Source: Eledone cirrhosa (taxonomy: Eukaryota). Taken from it: a stretch of 64,000 nucleotides of DNA. Shown here piece after piece: positions 37,608-53,019 of this stretch (position 1 is the stretch's first letter; every line of letters begins with the position of its first letter). The notes under the pieces were generated by a model. That model was not told where the DNA came from. It was given only the letters and a program-made list of their open reading frames with translations, and ran no database searches. The translations under genes and the position numbers were made by a program. Location: contig OZ024741.1 in the NCBI GenBank assembly GCA_964016885.1, positions 184,078,001-184,142,000 of the forward strand. Reading direction: 5' to 3'.

Positions 37608-37960
37608 TGTTTCTACTTTTGGCACAAGGCCAGCAATCACCCAGTGCATTACTGGTACTTATTTTATCGACCCCGTAAGGATGAAAAGCTAAGTTAACCT
37701 CGGCGTATTTGAACTCATACCGTAAAGGGCCATAACTCTATGCTGCAAAGCCAGGCGTCCGTATAATAATAATTGTTTCTACTTTTGACACAAGGCCAGC
37801 AATAATAATAATAGGCCCTTTACGGTCAAATCCCGTCGAGGTTAGTTTTGCCTTTCATCATAACGGGGTCGATAAAATAAAGCACCAGTAATGCACTGAG
37901 TTCGATTTAATCGACTTTTCCTTTTCCCCAAATTGCTGGCCTTGTGCCTATAGTTGAAAT
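37608..37960. mobile_element. Cluster of SINE copies and fragments (37608-37762 minus, 37771-37802 minus, 37813-37960 plus)
   Basis: Same core and 3' motifs as the other copies, separated by (AAT)n. Confidence 0.82.
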
Positions 37961-37979
37961 GGTTATTATTATTATTATT

Positions 37980-40900
37980 GAATGCCATGGTTGACGGAGG
38001 CTCGGCTCTGTAAGGTATAGTCAGGTTTAACCGCTATAACAATTGTAAATTGTTTAAAACTTGAATGAAATTGTAGATAAAAACACCCACCTCCTCGTGA
38101 GAGGGGTCTTTCTGCCCGCTATTTGGCACTTCGGGGTTAAATATCTGCTTATTGGGGTTTTGTGCCCAATATTCATTTTAAACCGTAAAAAAAACATGGC
38201 TGCAAAAAATAATTTTCATAAGTCACTCCCACTCATTCTGTCTTCTTCTTCCTCAATCGTCATTACATCAGAGAGAAGATTGTCTCTCTCCCTCCCTTCT
38301 CTAAATGTGGTGTCGCCTCTTTCGCAAGCGACGCCATTAAATAAAAATAAAAATATAGTTTCTGGTAGATTTCACCAAGAGAACGTGCATACCGTGAAAC
38401 ATTTCTCCACGACGACGACAACGACGAAAAATGTGTGCGGTAAAGACGGAAAGCCATTTTATTCGTCTGACGTCATGGAGAATAGCAGCAGCAGCCGTAA
38501 TAACAGCAGCAGCAGCAACAGTGACAAGGAAAACACTAGTAGCAGCCGCAACAACATCAGCAGCATAAACAACAACAGCAACAACAACAGCAGCAGCAGC
38601 AGCAACAAAATCAAAAACCACAGCAACCACAGCAACAGCGGCGGCGGCGGCGGCGGCGGTGGTCATAGTACCAGCAGCAACAACAAAAGTAACAGCAGCT
38701 CTGACGACAACAACAACAACAAGAAGAAAGAAAAAACAATCTCGTTTGCAGGTATCGCAAAGAACCTGGAAACCATCCTTATAACAAATGAGGAATTACA
38801 GGAAGCAAAGAAGATGGTGACGAAAACCGGACAGCGAGCAATCTGTAAGGTAGCCGAAAAATATTTCGAAACCCAACAGCACTGTACGCTCACGTACCGT
38901 ACAGTAAGCACCAAATCACGTAGGGTTGAAAGAGCGACAGGGGCTCAAATACAAAATGCCTTAGCGTCTGTGTGGCAGCGGAAAACGCATATCACCCAAG
39001 GCAAGAAATATGCCATCGTGGACGTGCTTTTTGCCACACCCCAGGAGGCAAAGGCTCAATCCTTAGTGACCCTAAGGAGCGAGGAAATTGTATTGGTGCC
39101 CTCCTACTGCGGGCAAAAATTGTGAGAGTCAAACTGACCCACGTCCCCCCGGGATGTCCCCTTCTTGGCTGGCCGAGTCTGTCCTTGTCGGAATCGAGGA
39201 CAAAACAACTGTACTGCAAGTACAGAAAAAAGTACGAGAAGATTGGGTAGGCACCTCTATTGAGATGTTAATTCAAACCAACCAGGAGTGCATCGAAGCT
39301 ATCCCGGATGTGATAGACTTCGATAACGGCACTCAACTGCCCATAAGTGTTGAGGGCAAACGCCCGAAATGCTTTCCCTGTGGGTCGAATACTCACCGTA
39401 GGGCCTTCTGCAATGAGAAGACCCTGATAAAGGAGAAAACCACCTCCTTCCGAAACCGGCTCCACTGCTACCAGCAACAGGACAGGCGGCAAGCAGGAAG
39501 GATAGGTCCGTGGCACCCATACCCACGCCCCGGAAATCAAGAACAGCAGCAGCAGTGGATGTAATAACAATAACAACAGTAATACCAACTGCAGTTGCAA
39601 CAGAGACTCCACTGCAACCATCACCAACAAGAACAAGTGAAAGAGTGGAGCTCGTACCCCTCCCCGACCTCACGGAATCGGACATGGAGTGTGAGGTGGG
39701 AGAGGGATTGCAAAAGGTCGCAAGAAGGCACAAACGCAGAAGCAGCACATCGTCGCCTTCGAAAAGGGAGGGAAGAAATGAAAAAAGGGTAAAGGCTACT
39801 GCAAAGAGACATACAGCAGCAACACCACTAACATCATCACCACCCACACTAGCATCACCATCACCACCGGCGACAACCCCACCGCCAACAACAACAACAC
39901 TTTCAACAGCACCACCACAAGCACCAACATCGCAAACACAACAACAAAACACCCACACCCAGCAACAATGACAAGAAAATAGCAGAACTACACCCCACCC
40001 CCAGAAAAAGAAATGCACAGCAATAAATACACACAAGAAACTAATGACTTACTTAATTGAACACACAGACATTTCACAGCACGACTACATAATACCAGCA
40101 CCAATCAAAACACCAACGAACTGGTAAGAATAGCACAGAAACAATACACAAACATTGAAATAAAATTCCCCAACGCAGTTGGTGATTTCAGAGACCTAGG
40201 AGGGACACTCAATCGGCGAGTATGTTCGAATATACTCACAGAAGAGATGACGACCAGCCGAAGGGACGATTCAACGATGCCTTCAACAGAAGATCAAGTG
40301 GAAAGGGATGGAGAAACCATCCTTCCTCTACGAGAAGTAAGGTAACTGGTCTTTCCCATCTTTTCCACTCCATTTCAACATGACCTCACTCAAAATAGGC
40401 AGCATAAATGCGCGTGGCTTGGGGTCGTCATGGAAGCAGGGCCACTTGTTCAACGAACTCAGGTCACTAAACATAGATGTAGTGACCATCAGCGAGACCA
40501 GAATCTCCGAAGCACCGGCCTTCGCACCGATCTTCGGCGGCTACGATGTGTACGCATCTCCCTGCCGTCCTGGATCAGGGGGTGGAGTTGCTGTGCTTTT
40601 TCGGAGAGGTTTGGATCTCGCTATACGGGCGATCTTCCTGGAACCAGAAGGTAAGTTGGTGGTGCTGGACGTGACCAGCGGAGACGGGCAAGCTTTCAGG
40701 CTAGTGGCCGTCTATGCCCCGACAGGAGCAGGGCGGCCTGATTTTTTCCGTCATCTGGAGACCTTTCTATGAACGTTCCGCTCTTTAGTGTTAGTGGGCG
40801 ACTGGAACGGGATCTTAGATGCACGCTAGGACTGTGTGGGATTAGCGGATAGGCGAGGAGGGTGCAAGAGCCTCACCAACCTGCTCAGGCGTTTTGAACT

Positions 40901-43807
40901 GTCTGACAGGTACCGATTGGATTTCCCGAATGTGCCAATGTGGACTTGGACAAACCGTATCGGGTCATCCAGATCATATCTAGATAAAGTATTTTGTAGG
41001 GAAATAGATAGGTCTAGCATAGGCTGCCACAATTCAAGATAGTCAGCTACGCGGACCACAAATTCGTGATCTGTATGCTTGACTTAGATAGGCTTCATAG
41101 ACGAGGACCCGGCTACTGGAAGCTAAACGCGTCCTTCCCCGTGCGCAAGGCCTACAGAGACCGGATTAACGAACTAGTTAAGCGAGCGTTGACGGGGGCC
41201 ATAGTCAACAAGAAGTGGTGGTTTGCTCTGAAAAGAGCTATTAGAATAGAGTCCATTAGGTTTAGTAAGGCTTTAGCTCTAGAGAAAAATAGAGTAGAGG
41301 GAGAACTAGTTAAAAAATTAGACGAGGCGCTTAGCAAAGGCATCGCGACCGACGTACTTGCGGCGAAATTGGCCCTTGACCAATTCTTCAATGCAAAGCA
41401 CGAAGGCTGCGTTGTCAGAGCTAGGGTGCGTGCTCTCAGACACGAGGGGACGAAAGCCGTTCAATGGGCCCGAGTGGCGGAGGCGCGTCGTGGCAACAAA
41501 GCCTCGATCCGGTCTTTGGTGGACCACGACGGGCGCATGCTACTCGATCCCGGGAAAATGTGTGAAGCTTTTCAGCGACACTTCGTTCAGCTGTTCGGGG
41601 GCAGCGGCGGGCCGGGTCGAGGGATGGACTTTGGTGTCTACCTCGACGGACTGCCACGGGTCTCGGCCACTGAGGCGGAGTGTTGCGAAAATCCGATAAC
41701 AGCCGCTGAAGTACGGGAGGCAATGACTGGCTGCACAAGGGGTAAATCGCCTGGTTTGTATGGTCTGCCCTATGAACTTTACGTACAGATGCCAGACTTG
41801 TTCGGAGGCCTCTTGGCGGACGTCTATTGCAACTGGCAACAGAACGGGAGAATTCCCAGCTCTGTGAGCCGAGGAGCAGTGGCGCTGTAGAGAAAGGATC
41901 CGAACAAGTGGGATAACATAGATAATTTCAGGCCCATAACTCTGATAAACACAGAGTTCAAGATTTTGGCCAAGGTGCTAGCAAAGAGGTTGGCACTTGT
42001 CGTCGGTGGTCTGGTAGGAGAGGCGCAGACATGCGCCATTCCCGATAGATCCTTCCACGACAACCTCATGTGATACGTAGTAGAGACGGTAGCTAGGGAA
42101 CCTGGCACGGGTGGGTCCTTGATCAATTTAGATCAGTCGAAAGCTTTCGATAGCGGCAGTCCTGAAGGCGGCTGGCTTTGGGCCCGTCTTCGGAGGCTGA
42201 ATCGCTGACATGCACAGCGACATCTGCTCTGTGGTGAGAGTGAACGGTCACCTTTCTGAACCGTGCAACATCATGTACTCGGTCCGCCAAGGATGTCCCC
42301 TCTCGTCCCTCTTGTACGTATTAAGTCTCGAGCCATTACTGCACAAACTGGAGACGTTGAGGGGGTTCCCGCGCGAACTAGGATGCGAAAGATCCGTGTC
42401 AGCATATGCGGACGATGTCACCGTAGTGGTGTCGAACGCCAAATACATCGAGGCGATCGGCACTACACTAAGATAATAAGAAGCGGTGACAGGACTAATG
42501 ATCAACCACGAAAGGTCAGTGGGCCTGCAGCTCGGCACCTGGAGAGGCAGGTCCATGCTGTCCAACAGCTTCGTCGGGCGCTGGGCGGACGGACCGGTTA
42601 AATTGCTAGGGGCCTGGTTCGGTCCCGACCTCCAGACGGACAAAAACTGGGACGAGGTGACGAGCAGGGTGGCTTCTCTGACCCAGAAATGGGCGGAGCG
42701 GAAGCTATCCCTGGTCCGATGGTCAGGCGGTCCATCTACTGTCAACACCCGCTACGTGGAGGGCTGGGCATGCCGTGGCTGATGATGCGCAGACACGCGC
42801 TCAGGTTACGACATCTCCACCTCCTCCTCGATGGTGTTCAGGTGTGGTCGCCGTTTGCTAGAAGCGTCTTTCCCCAGCTCGTCTCCTTGACGGAGCTGCA
42901 GTCCTGGGTCAAGCGAAGACTGAGAGGGAGCGCTTGGAGTCTGGAATGTCTTCAGGCGCTCACAGCCTTCGACCAATCTGGCAATGTGATCTGTGGAAAC
43001 TCCACCTCGGCGTTCTATAGAGGATTGGTGGAGGGGTAGAGCGACGACGTACTTGGGGAAACTAGGTCTCGACGAAAATCAACTAGCTAATCTCTTTGGA
43101 AGAACTTTCTGGCCGGGGCCTATGGACAACTTCCAGAAATCCCTGGCCTGGCAGTGCTACCGAGGAGCTTTGCCAGTTCGGCATAAACTCTACAGGCATG
43201 GAGGTGCTGTCAGCCGGGCATGTCCGAGATGCGCGCAGCGCGACGAAACCGTCCTGCACGCACTCGTTCAATGTCCGAGCATTGCAGACTTGTGGGTTTA
43301 TGTCGAAGACCTGCTGTCGCGTGTAGGTCGGATCCGGCTATCAGCTGAGTCCATCGTGAGGATTGCCCCGCCCTCTTCCTTTAGCCGGGAAGGGCAGGCA
43401 GTTTTTATCTGTTTGGTGGCCATGGCGAAAGAGATAGTATGGTGGACACGTTTGAAAAAGCTGAAGACGAGCACTTACCTCTTCGGTGATGCCCTGATTA
43501 ACTTTTTCAAATTTCATTTGAAAAGGAAAATCAGGGTAGAGAGGGAAGTGGTCTCTTCTCAGCATGGAAAACTGGGAGAGGGCACTTGCCCTGGTGGTCA
43601 GGGTCACTGTGGCCTTTTAATGGGCTTTCTCCACAAATGTCCCTCGGAAGTCTCCCCCCTATTGGGGAATTTTCCATTGTTACTTTTTGTTACATCCTCT
43701 GTTTTTGTTTTTTTACACGCAGAAATGCCCATTTGTACCGTCCTGTATTGTCCTGTACTGTCCTTAATATCTACTTTATGTAAACCCTTGTGGTTAATAA
43801 AGAAAGT
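37980..43807 (+). mobile_element. Full-length chimeric Tx1 element: C-like ORF1 joined to family A ORF1 tail, ORF2 and 3'UTR; decayed
   Basis: ORF1 from ATG 38196 (knuckle CFPCGSNTHRRAFC; LPDLTESDMECEVG as in family C) to TAA 40343-40345. ORF2 from 40380 (MTSLKIGSINARG) is near-identical to A1. Confidence 0.9.
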
Positions 43808-43819
43808 ATTATTATTAAT

Positions 43820-46800
43820 AAAAACTCACACAACAAAAAATACAGACACCACTAACGCAAACACTTCCCCAATAACATCATCACCAACAGCAACATCGAC
43901 ACCACCTCCACAATCCCCGAAACGCAAACAACCTAAACAAACACAAGTACAAATAAACACACAAATACCTGAAATTGCAGACACCACACCAACATACCCG
44001 AAACAACACCACCAAAACCATCGCCACCACCTTCACCATAACGAAAACAAATAAAACCACACCAACAAAATGTTAAAAACTTCGTGCTTGTCAGAAGGGC
44101 AAACGATAAACTGATGGCCCTCTTAGCGCGAAGCGAGGACATTCAAACAGAGGGGGAGATTTTTGAAATGAGCACATTTTGCGTGCCAGAAGATTTGTTT
44201 CTGGTCCGAATGTCACTCAATTCCTTCAAAGAAATTCGAGAGAGCTTTCCTCAAGACGTGGGAACCCCGAATGTGAGACCCACATCAAGACTTTTAAAGG
44301 GGTTCCCAAAAGAAACCCCACCAACCATGGAGGTCGAACCACCCGACCTTCACAAGACCCGGGAGGTAAGTAAACCTTCCCTCTCTCTCTCTTAGCTTAC
44401 CAATATGGCCATATTAAGAGTAGGTAGTTTAAATGTTCGCGGCCTGGGGTCACTCTGGAAGCAGGGTCTCCTGCTCAACGACCTCAGGTCGCTGGAAATG
44501 GATGTGATTGCCGTAAGCGAGACCAAAATTTCCAACAACGGCGCAGTAGCCCCCATTTTCGAAGACTATCAGATCTTCGCATCTGTTAGCAGGCCGGGAA
44601 TGGGGGGTGGGGTGGCAGTGCTGTTTAGGAAAGGACTGGATCTCGAGGTAAGGTCGATCTTCCGGGACTCGGACGGTAAGTTGGTGGTCTTGGATATGAG
44701 CAGTAGCGAAGGTGGTGCCTTTAGATTGCTGGCCGTCTACGCCCCTACAGGGGCCGGACGACCTGACTTCTTTAGGCGCCTGGAGACTTTTCTGGGTACG
44801 TCTCGCTTTTTACTGTTAGCGGGGGACTGGCATGGCATCTTAGACGCACGCTGGGATTGTGTGGGAGTAGCCGATAGGAGCGGGGGGTGCAAAAGCCTCA
44901 AGCACCTACTCAGCCAGTTCCAACTGTCTGACAGGTATCGACTAGATTTCCCCAATGTGCCAGTATGGACATGGACCAACCGAATGAGGTCATCTAGATC
45001 GTATATAGACAGGATCTTTATTAGGAAAATAGATAGAAATAGTGTGGGCTGTCCACTTTTTAAAACGGTCACCTATTCAGATCACAAATTTGTGATCTGT
45101 ACGGTCGACCTAAATAAAACGAGTAGGTTAGGACCAGGTTAGTGGAAACTGAACATGTCATTTCCGGCACGTAAGGCTTACAGGGACCGAGTCAACAATT
45201 TAGTTAAGCAAAAGTTGACAGGGGATCATCAACAACAGATGGTGGGTGGCTCTCAAAAGAGAGATTAGAGTAACTTCGATAGAGTTCAGCAACGAACTAG
45301 CGTTAGAGAAAAATAGAAAGGAAGGGGAGCTGGTAGATAAGTTAGACGATGCTATTTGTAGCGGCATTGCAACTGACGTGCTAGCGGTGAGAATGGCATT
45401 AGACCATTTCTTCAATGCCAAACACGAAGGTTGCATTGTCAGAGCTAAGGCGCGTGCGCTGAGAAACGAGGGAACTAAAGCTGTTCGATGGGCCCGCGTG
45501 GCGGCGGCTCAGCGTGGTAATAAAACCACAATTCGGTCTTTGGCGGACCGAGACGGACACGAGATAAGCGATTCCAAGCGGATGTGTGAGGCCTTTCGCC
45601 AGCACTTTGCTCGGTTGTTCAGAGAGAGTGGCGAGTCAGAGAGAGTAGCGGATTTCAGTCCCTACCTTGACGGCTTGCCGCGCATCTCGACAGTCGACGC
45701 TGAACGCTGCGAAAAGCCGATTACTTCAGCTGAAATTCAGGACGCCCTTGTCGGCTGCATGAGGCGCAAGTCACCCGGTTTGGATGGCCTGCCCTACGAG
45801 CTTTACGTAAATATGCCAGACTTGTTCTCCGAACTCCTCGAAGCACTCTACTGCAACTGGCAGCAGAATGGGAGTATTCCCAGTTCTGTGAGCAGGGGGG
45901 TGGTGACGCTGATGAGAAAAGACGAGAACAAGAGGGATACATTAGACAAGTTCAGGCCCATAACTCTGCTCAACACAGAGTTTAAGATTTTGGCCAAGGT
46001 GTTAGCAAAGAGATTCGCGCTTGTCGTCGAGGATTTGGTTGGGGAGGCGCAAACTTGCGCAATCCCAGCCAGGTCTATACACGACAATCTCCACCTCATG
46101 CGATAAATCATAGAGAGAGTAGGGTGTAGACCTGGCTTCGGTGGGGCACTGATCAATTTATATCAATCGAAAGCATTCGATAGGGTCGACCATCGGTATC
46201 TGGAGTTTGTCCTCAAAGCAGCTGGCTTCGACCCTGTCTTTAGAAGCTGGATCGTTGCAATGCACAGCGACACATGCTCGGTGGTCAAGGTTAATGGCCA
46301 CCTCTCGGAACCATTTCGGCTCTCCCGATCGGTGTGTCAAGGGTGCCCTCTCTCTTCCCTTCTGTACGTATTGACTCTCGAGCCTTTACTCCGGAAGCTG
46401 GAGCTGTTGCAGGGCATCCCGCTCGAACCGGGACGTGGAAAAGCGGTGTCGGCTTATGCGGACGTCATCACCGTGATGGTGTCGAACACCTCAGAAATCG
46501 AGGTGGTCGGCACCTTATTGAAGGAATATGAAAGGTTGACAGGAGCCAAACTTAACCCGGAAAAGTCGGTGGGCTTGCAGCTCGGAACCTGGAGAGGCAA
46601 GCCCATGCCGTCCAACAGCGTCGTGGGTCAAGAAGAGACCGAGACTGGGTGACTGGCACCTGGAATGTTGCCAGGCACTCACTGCCCTCTACCAAGCGGG
46701 CAATGCGATCAGTGGAACTTCCACTCTCGAGTTCTATAGAGGATTAGTGGTGGGCAAGTGCGATGACGCACTCGGAGAAGCTTTGGGCCTCGACGAACTC

Positions 46801-47637
46801 AAACTGACCAGTCTGTACCCGAGGACTTTTGAGCCGGGGACGATGGACAATTTCCAGAAATCCCTCGCTTGGCAGTGCTACCGAGGGGCACTGCCGGTTC
46901 GGGATAAACTCTACAGGCACGGGTGTGCTGTCAGACGGACCTGCCCAAGATGCGCACAGAACGACGAAACCGTTCTGCACGCACTTGTCCAAAGTCCGTG
47001 CATTACTGACTTGTGGAGTTATGTCGAACAGCTACTGTCGCGTGTGGAACAAATCCGGCTATCGACCGAGTCCATAGTGAAGATCGATCCACCGCCTTCC
47101 TTAGGTCAGGAAGAGCAGGAAATTTTCCTCTGTCTGGTGGCAGTTGCGAAAGAGATTATATGGTGTACCAGGTTGAAAGGACTAAAGACAGACACTTTTC
47201 TCTTCGGCCAATCCCTCATCAACTTCTTCAAGTTTCACCTGGAAAGGAAGGTGAGGGTGGAGAGAAAGTGCTGCCCCCCCCCCAGTACATTTCCTAAAAG
47301 GTGGCTGAATGTGGCGAGAATGACTCGTGTGAAGGGGCCTACTCTGACCATGCGCCTATAGGCTAGCTAACTTGAGGAGAGGGGTGCTCTCCCTGGGTGC
47401 CCTAGAAGCGCAGGGTGGTTCAGGATTGGTGGGGTATCTGAAGCACCCCAGGGTCGTACACCCCCTATCGGGGAATTTAATTTGTTATATTTATGCATAG
47501 TTTATTTTATATTTTTATATTTTCATTGTTAAATTAGTCTTGCCATTGTGTACTTTTACTCCACCTTATTGTAAAACCCCACTGTCCCTCTCTTTGTATT
47601 GTCCCCTACATGTCGGCCCTGGTGGCTAATAAATGAA

Positions 47638-47638
<1 letters not shown>
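43820..47638 (+). mobile_element. Tx1 family B, copy B2, 5'-truncated within ORF1
   Basis: Reverse-complement homolog of 11003-15215. ORF2 pieces 44405..45142, 45246..46106, 46260..46652 and 46747..47361, with an internal deletion at ~46626. Confidence 0.92.

Positions 47639-47726
<88 letters not shown>
47639..47726. repeat. (ATT)n(AGT)n microsatellite (Tx1 tail/target)
   Basis: Seen directly in the sequence. Confidence 0.95.
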
Positions 47727-47727
<1 letters not shown>

Positions 47728-48917
47728 TGGAGTATCATCAGCTACATCGATATACAAATAAGCAAAATAAAGGTTATAAAAAGGAAGAAAATTAGCAGAA
47801 ATTTACATTTAATTTTATATGCAGAAACTAAACGTCTATAAAAAGAAAAAGATAAAATTAATATGCAATAAGTTTATAAATAAAACAACAACAACACATC
47901 ATTGATTGATTAGGCATGAACCAGGGGATCGTAAAATCCTCTTTTACATTGTAAGGTCGATATAATCTACTAATTGTTAGGATACGACATCTCTCTCTTT
48001 CTTTCTTTTTCTCTGTTCATGTGTATATGCGTATGTGTGTGTGCGTGTATGTGTATATGTGTGTGCATATATGTGTGTGTCTTATGATTTTATTGTTTTT
48101 TATATCTTAACAGTTGAATTACTTCAGCAAAACACTCTACTGATTGTGTAATTAACATGAAGTGGGGCAAGTAGAAATTAAAATAAGAACGAATGAAATT
48201 TATATCTTAGCAAGTTTGTAGTCAACGAAGCAGTGTCAACTGGGCGCTTCAATTGCTATTTTAACATTAATATGGCGCTGATATTCAATATGGTGGATAT
48301 TTTTTTTCTTCTTTTGTTGAAATGGCGATTTTTTCGGACATGGTGGCGATATTACAACATGTCGGTGTTTTAAATAAATTGTAGGCGATATTTTAAAATG
48401 ACAGCAGTCTTATCAGGTTTAATTCAAGGAAATTGTCTAGGGACTGAACATGATTGTCCTAAAAAGTGATAGGAATTAAAAATTCAACGAACGACGCTGA
48501 TGTTGTACTAAGTCGATTAAAACAATACCTATAAATCATCGATTCTTCAATTATTTGGCATTTACATTTAGAATATCTCGAACCATCTCAAAGTTAATTC
48601 AAAGTTAATCTAAAAATGTTTTTGTTTTTTTTTAACGATAAAGATAAAGCATTTCTAAAACTAAAGATAATGTACTATTAATAATTTGTGGTGTTGTGTT
48701 TTGGTAGAGCCATATCTGATGATATTTTGACATATGCACTGAGCGATTTAATTCTTCCATTATTTGATTATGTGTATCAGAAGCCTTTCGTTAAACTACC
48801 ATGGCTCGTTTATTGTATAATTTTGACACGTTTCCTACATTTCTGACACTCCATTTTGAGTGGCAAAAACTTAAAATGCTAATGGGTGCATATTATAAAT
48901 ATTCATCAATCCTCCTA

Positions 48918-48968
48918 ATCATCACCACCATCATCATCACCATCATCATCATCATAATCATCACCATC

Positions 48969-49000
<32 letters not shown>

Positions 49001-49159
49001 CATCATCACCACCATCACCATCATCATCATCATCATCATCACCATTATATTCATCGTTATATTCATCACCATCACCATCATCACCATCATCATCTCCATC
49101 ATAATCATCATCATCATCATCATCATCATCACCATTACATTCATCACCATCATCATCAC

Positions 49160-49195
<36 letters not shown>

Positions 49196-49292
49196 TATCA
49201 TCATCATCATCATCACCATCACCATTATATTCATCGTTATATTCATCACCATCATCATCACCATCATCACCATCATCATCACCAACATCATT
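48918..49292. repeat. (CAT/CAC)n microsatellite with a duplicated variant block
   Basis: ATTATATTCATCGTTATATTCATCACC occurs at ~49044 and ~49224. The poly-D/M/I ORFs are artefacts. Confidence 0.93.
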
Positions 49293-49604
49293 ATCCAATG
49301 TGGCTTTCTTCTAACGCAGTCGATTTGACGGGATCGTTATAGCGTTGGATATTTTGATCTGAGTATCTGCGCACGGAATTCCAATTTCCCTTTCATCTTT
49401 GCCAGGACAGCCCTGTTTGCTTCCAGCTATCACATCCAGACTGTTCCATTAGATAATGTGAGGGAAGCAAGGTCGAGAGGGTAATCTGTTCACAACTTCT
49501 TGTGCAGTTGATACTCATAGCGAAAGCATGGTACCTTCTACTATGTTATACTCGATTGCGACAGATGGGTGGATTTAGTTTTGCATTATATATATATATA
49601 TATA

Positions 49605-50940
<1,336 letters not shown>

Positions 50941-50974
50941 TACATGAATCAAAGTTCAGTTTAAATCATTTATT

Positions 50975-51021
50975 TGCTTACAATTGTTTCCTTCAAACCG
51001 AGGTTTGGATTCTTCGGAGTA
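50975..51021 (-). ncRNA. Minimal type I hammerhead ribozyme (palindromic stem III ACAATTGT)
   Basis: Minus strand reads TACT-CCGAAGA-atcCAAACC-tc-GGTTTG-aag-GAAAC-aatt-GTA-AGCA, inside a solo pLTR at 50940-51270. Confidence 0.65.
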
Positions 51022-51308
51022 ACTATTTAGTGATTTTACACATACTTGACCTCTTTATCAACACAAGAGACATACACAAACATATGTATATATTGACCCA
51101 CAGTGGGTTGACATTCATCATAATGATATAGGATGCCAATTTACATACAAAGGTTAAAACAACTGATGTTATTACATTGAGCTATTTATCTTACTGGTAA
51201 TAAGATAGTAATGAATTACTGTCTTTCACTATTTAGAGTTTAAATATATATAACCATAAAAGGTTTTATTATATACATAACGATAAATATTATCCTTAAT
51301 ACTATTAA

Positions 51309-51402
<94 letters not shown>

Positions 51403-51490
51403 ATATATATATATATATAGGGTTGATAAAATAAAGCACCAATGGGATAATTGTTGGCCTAGTGCCAAAAGTAGAAACCATTATGATTAC

Positions 51491-51675
51491 GGTGAATTGG
51501 CAGTATCGGTAGAGGGTTGGACGTCATGCTTTCTAGCATAGTTACGTCACTTTACAGTCTGAGTTCAAATCCCGCCGAGGTTAACGTTGCCTTTCATCCT
51601 TACAGGGGGCGATAAAATAAAGTACCAGTAATGTACTGGGTAATTGCTGGCCGTGTGCCTAAAGTAGAAACAATT
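51491..51675 (+). mobile_element. tRNA-derived SINE (plus a 3' fragment at 51420-51482)
   Basis: Head, core and 3' motifs as in the other copies. Confidence 0.85.
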
Positions 51676-51835
51676 ATATATATATATATATGTGTGTGTG
51701 TATATGTAGAAGTTATATTTAATTTGTTGGGATACAAGCAAAATATTTTTATAACTGATATAAAGCACTCAACAAATTATTGGAGCAAATATACAATATA
51801 TTAACAAATGGAAACTATATTTATAAAACCATATT

Positions 51836-51901
51836 TATTTCATTATACATATTTCAAGGGCCACCAAGTCAAACTATGGTGCGCTTTCATCAGATAAAAT
51901 A
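51836..51901 (-). ncRNA. Type I hammerhead ribozyme in a solo pLTR related to the PLE at 59-62.8 kb
   Basis: TATTTTAT-CTGATGA-AAGcGCACCA...TGGTGgCcCTT-GAAAT-atgt-ATA-ATGAAATA. Confidence 0.75.
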
Positions 51902-52006
51902 TAATATAGGTTAGTTTTATAAATAGATATCGACATACCCTGAAAAAATGCGACCCTTCTGGTTGGAATCTCCTGGATATATATCTATATATGTTGTTTT
52001 GTCAAC

Positions 52007-52077
<71 letters not shown>

Positions 52078-52141
52078 CCAGATATATATATATTGTTTTG
52101 TCAACCCAATATATATATATAATGCAAAACTAAATCCACCC

Positions 52142-52189
<48 letters not shown>

Positions 52190-52388
52190 TTGACGTCGGT
52201 GGAATTTGAATTGGCGCACTTACGAGTCACCGCCCTAGTTCAAAATAATGATGTTATTTAAAGACCGGTGTTGTTATTGCGATCGCATGATTTGAGATGG
52301 GAAATTAACAGAATGGACAATCTTAATGTGTATTATATATGTGTGTGAATATAATACAAACACACACGCACACACACATATATGAATG

Positions 52389-52454
<66 letters not shown>

Positions 52455-52455
52455 A

Positions 52456-52546
<91 letters not shown>

Positions 52547-53019
52547 ATAAAAATACTTGAGTGCATTAGAGTCAAACACACTCGTCGTATTAGAGAAATG
52601 ACAGTATAAGAGATAGCTCGATGTTATCAAACAGAGCCGAAAAATTATATATATATATATTTATATATAAAAATGCTGTCCCAAAAAATATATACACACT
52701 TGAACAGTATTCTAATAAATATGTATGCATTTTTTGGGGACATCCTATATATATACATTATTTGAAAACGTTTTATTTTTACAGTCCAATTCCAACAAAA
52801 TCTAATATTCTTAAGAAAAAATATTTATAGTGTTTTAGATAAAAAAACTTTAACTTTCTTATCAGAAAAATACTGTAAATCTCCGATGGCAGCTGTGATA
52901 GGCGGATTATATTATTAAATAAATTAGATTTTAATGACGTGTTCTTCAATTCCCCCAAAACACCATGTATCATGCACATACACACACACACATAAATTTA
53001 TCTATCGATCTATCTATCT

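Noticed and set aside
48801-49328. Poly-Ile, poly-Met and poly-Asp ORFs
   Set aside because: They are different frames of a (CAT)n microsatellite.
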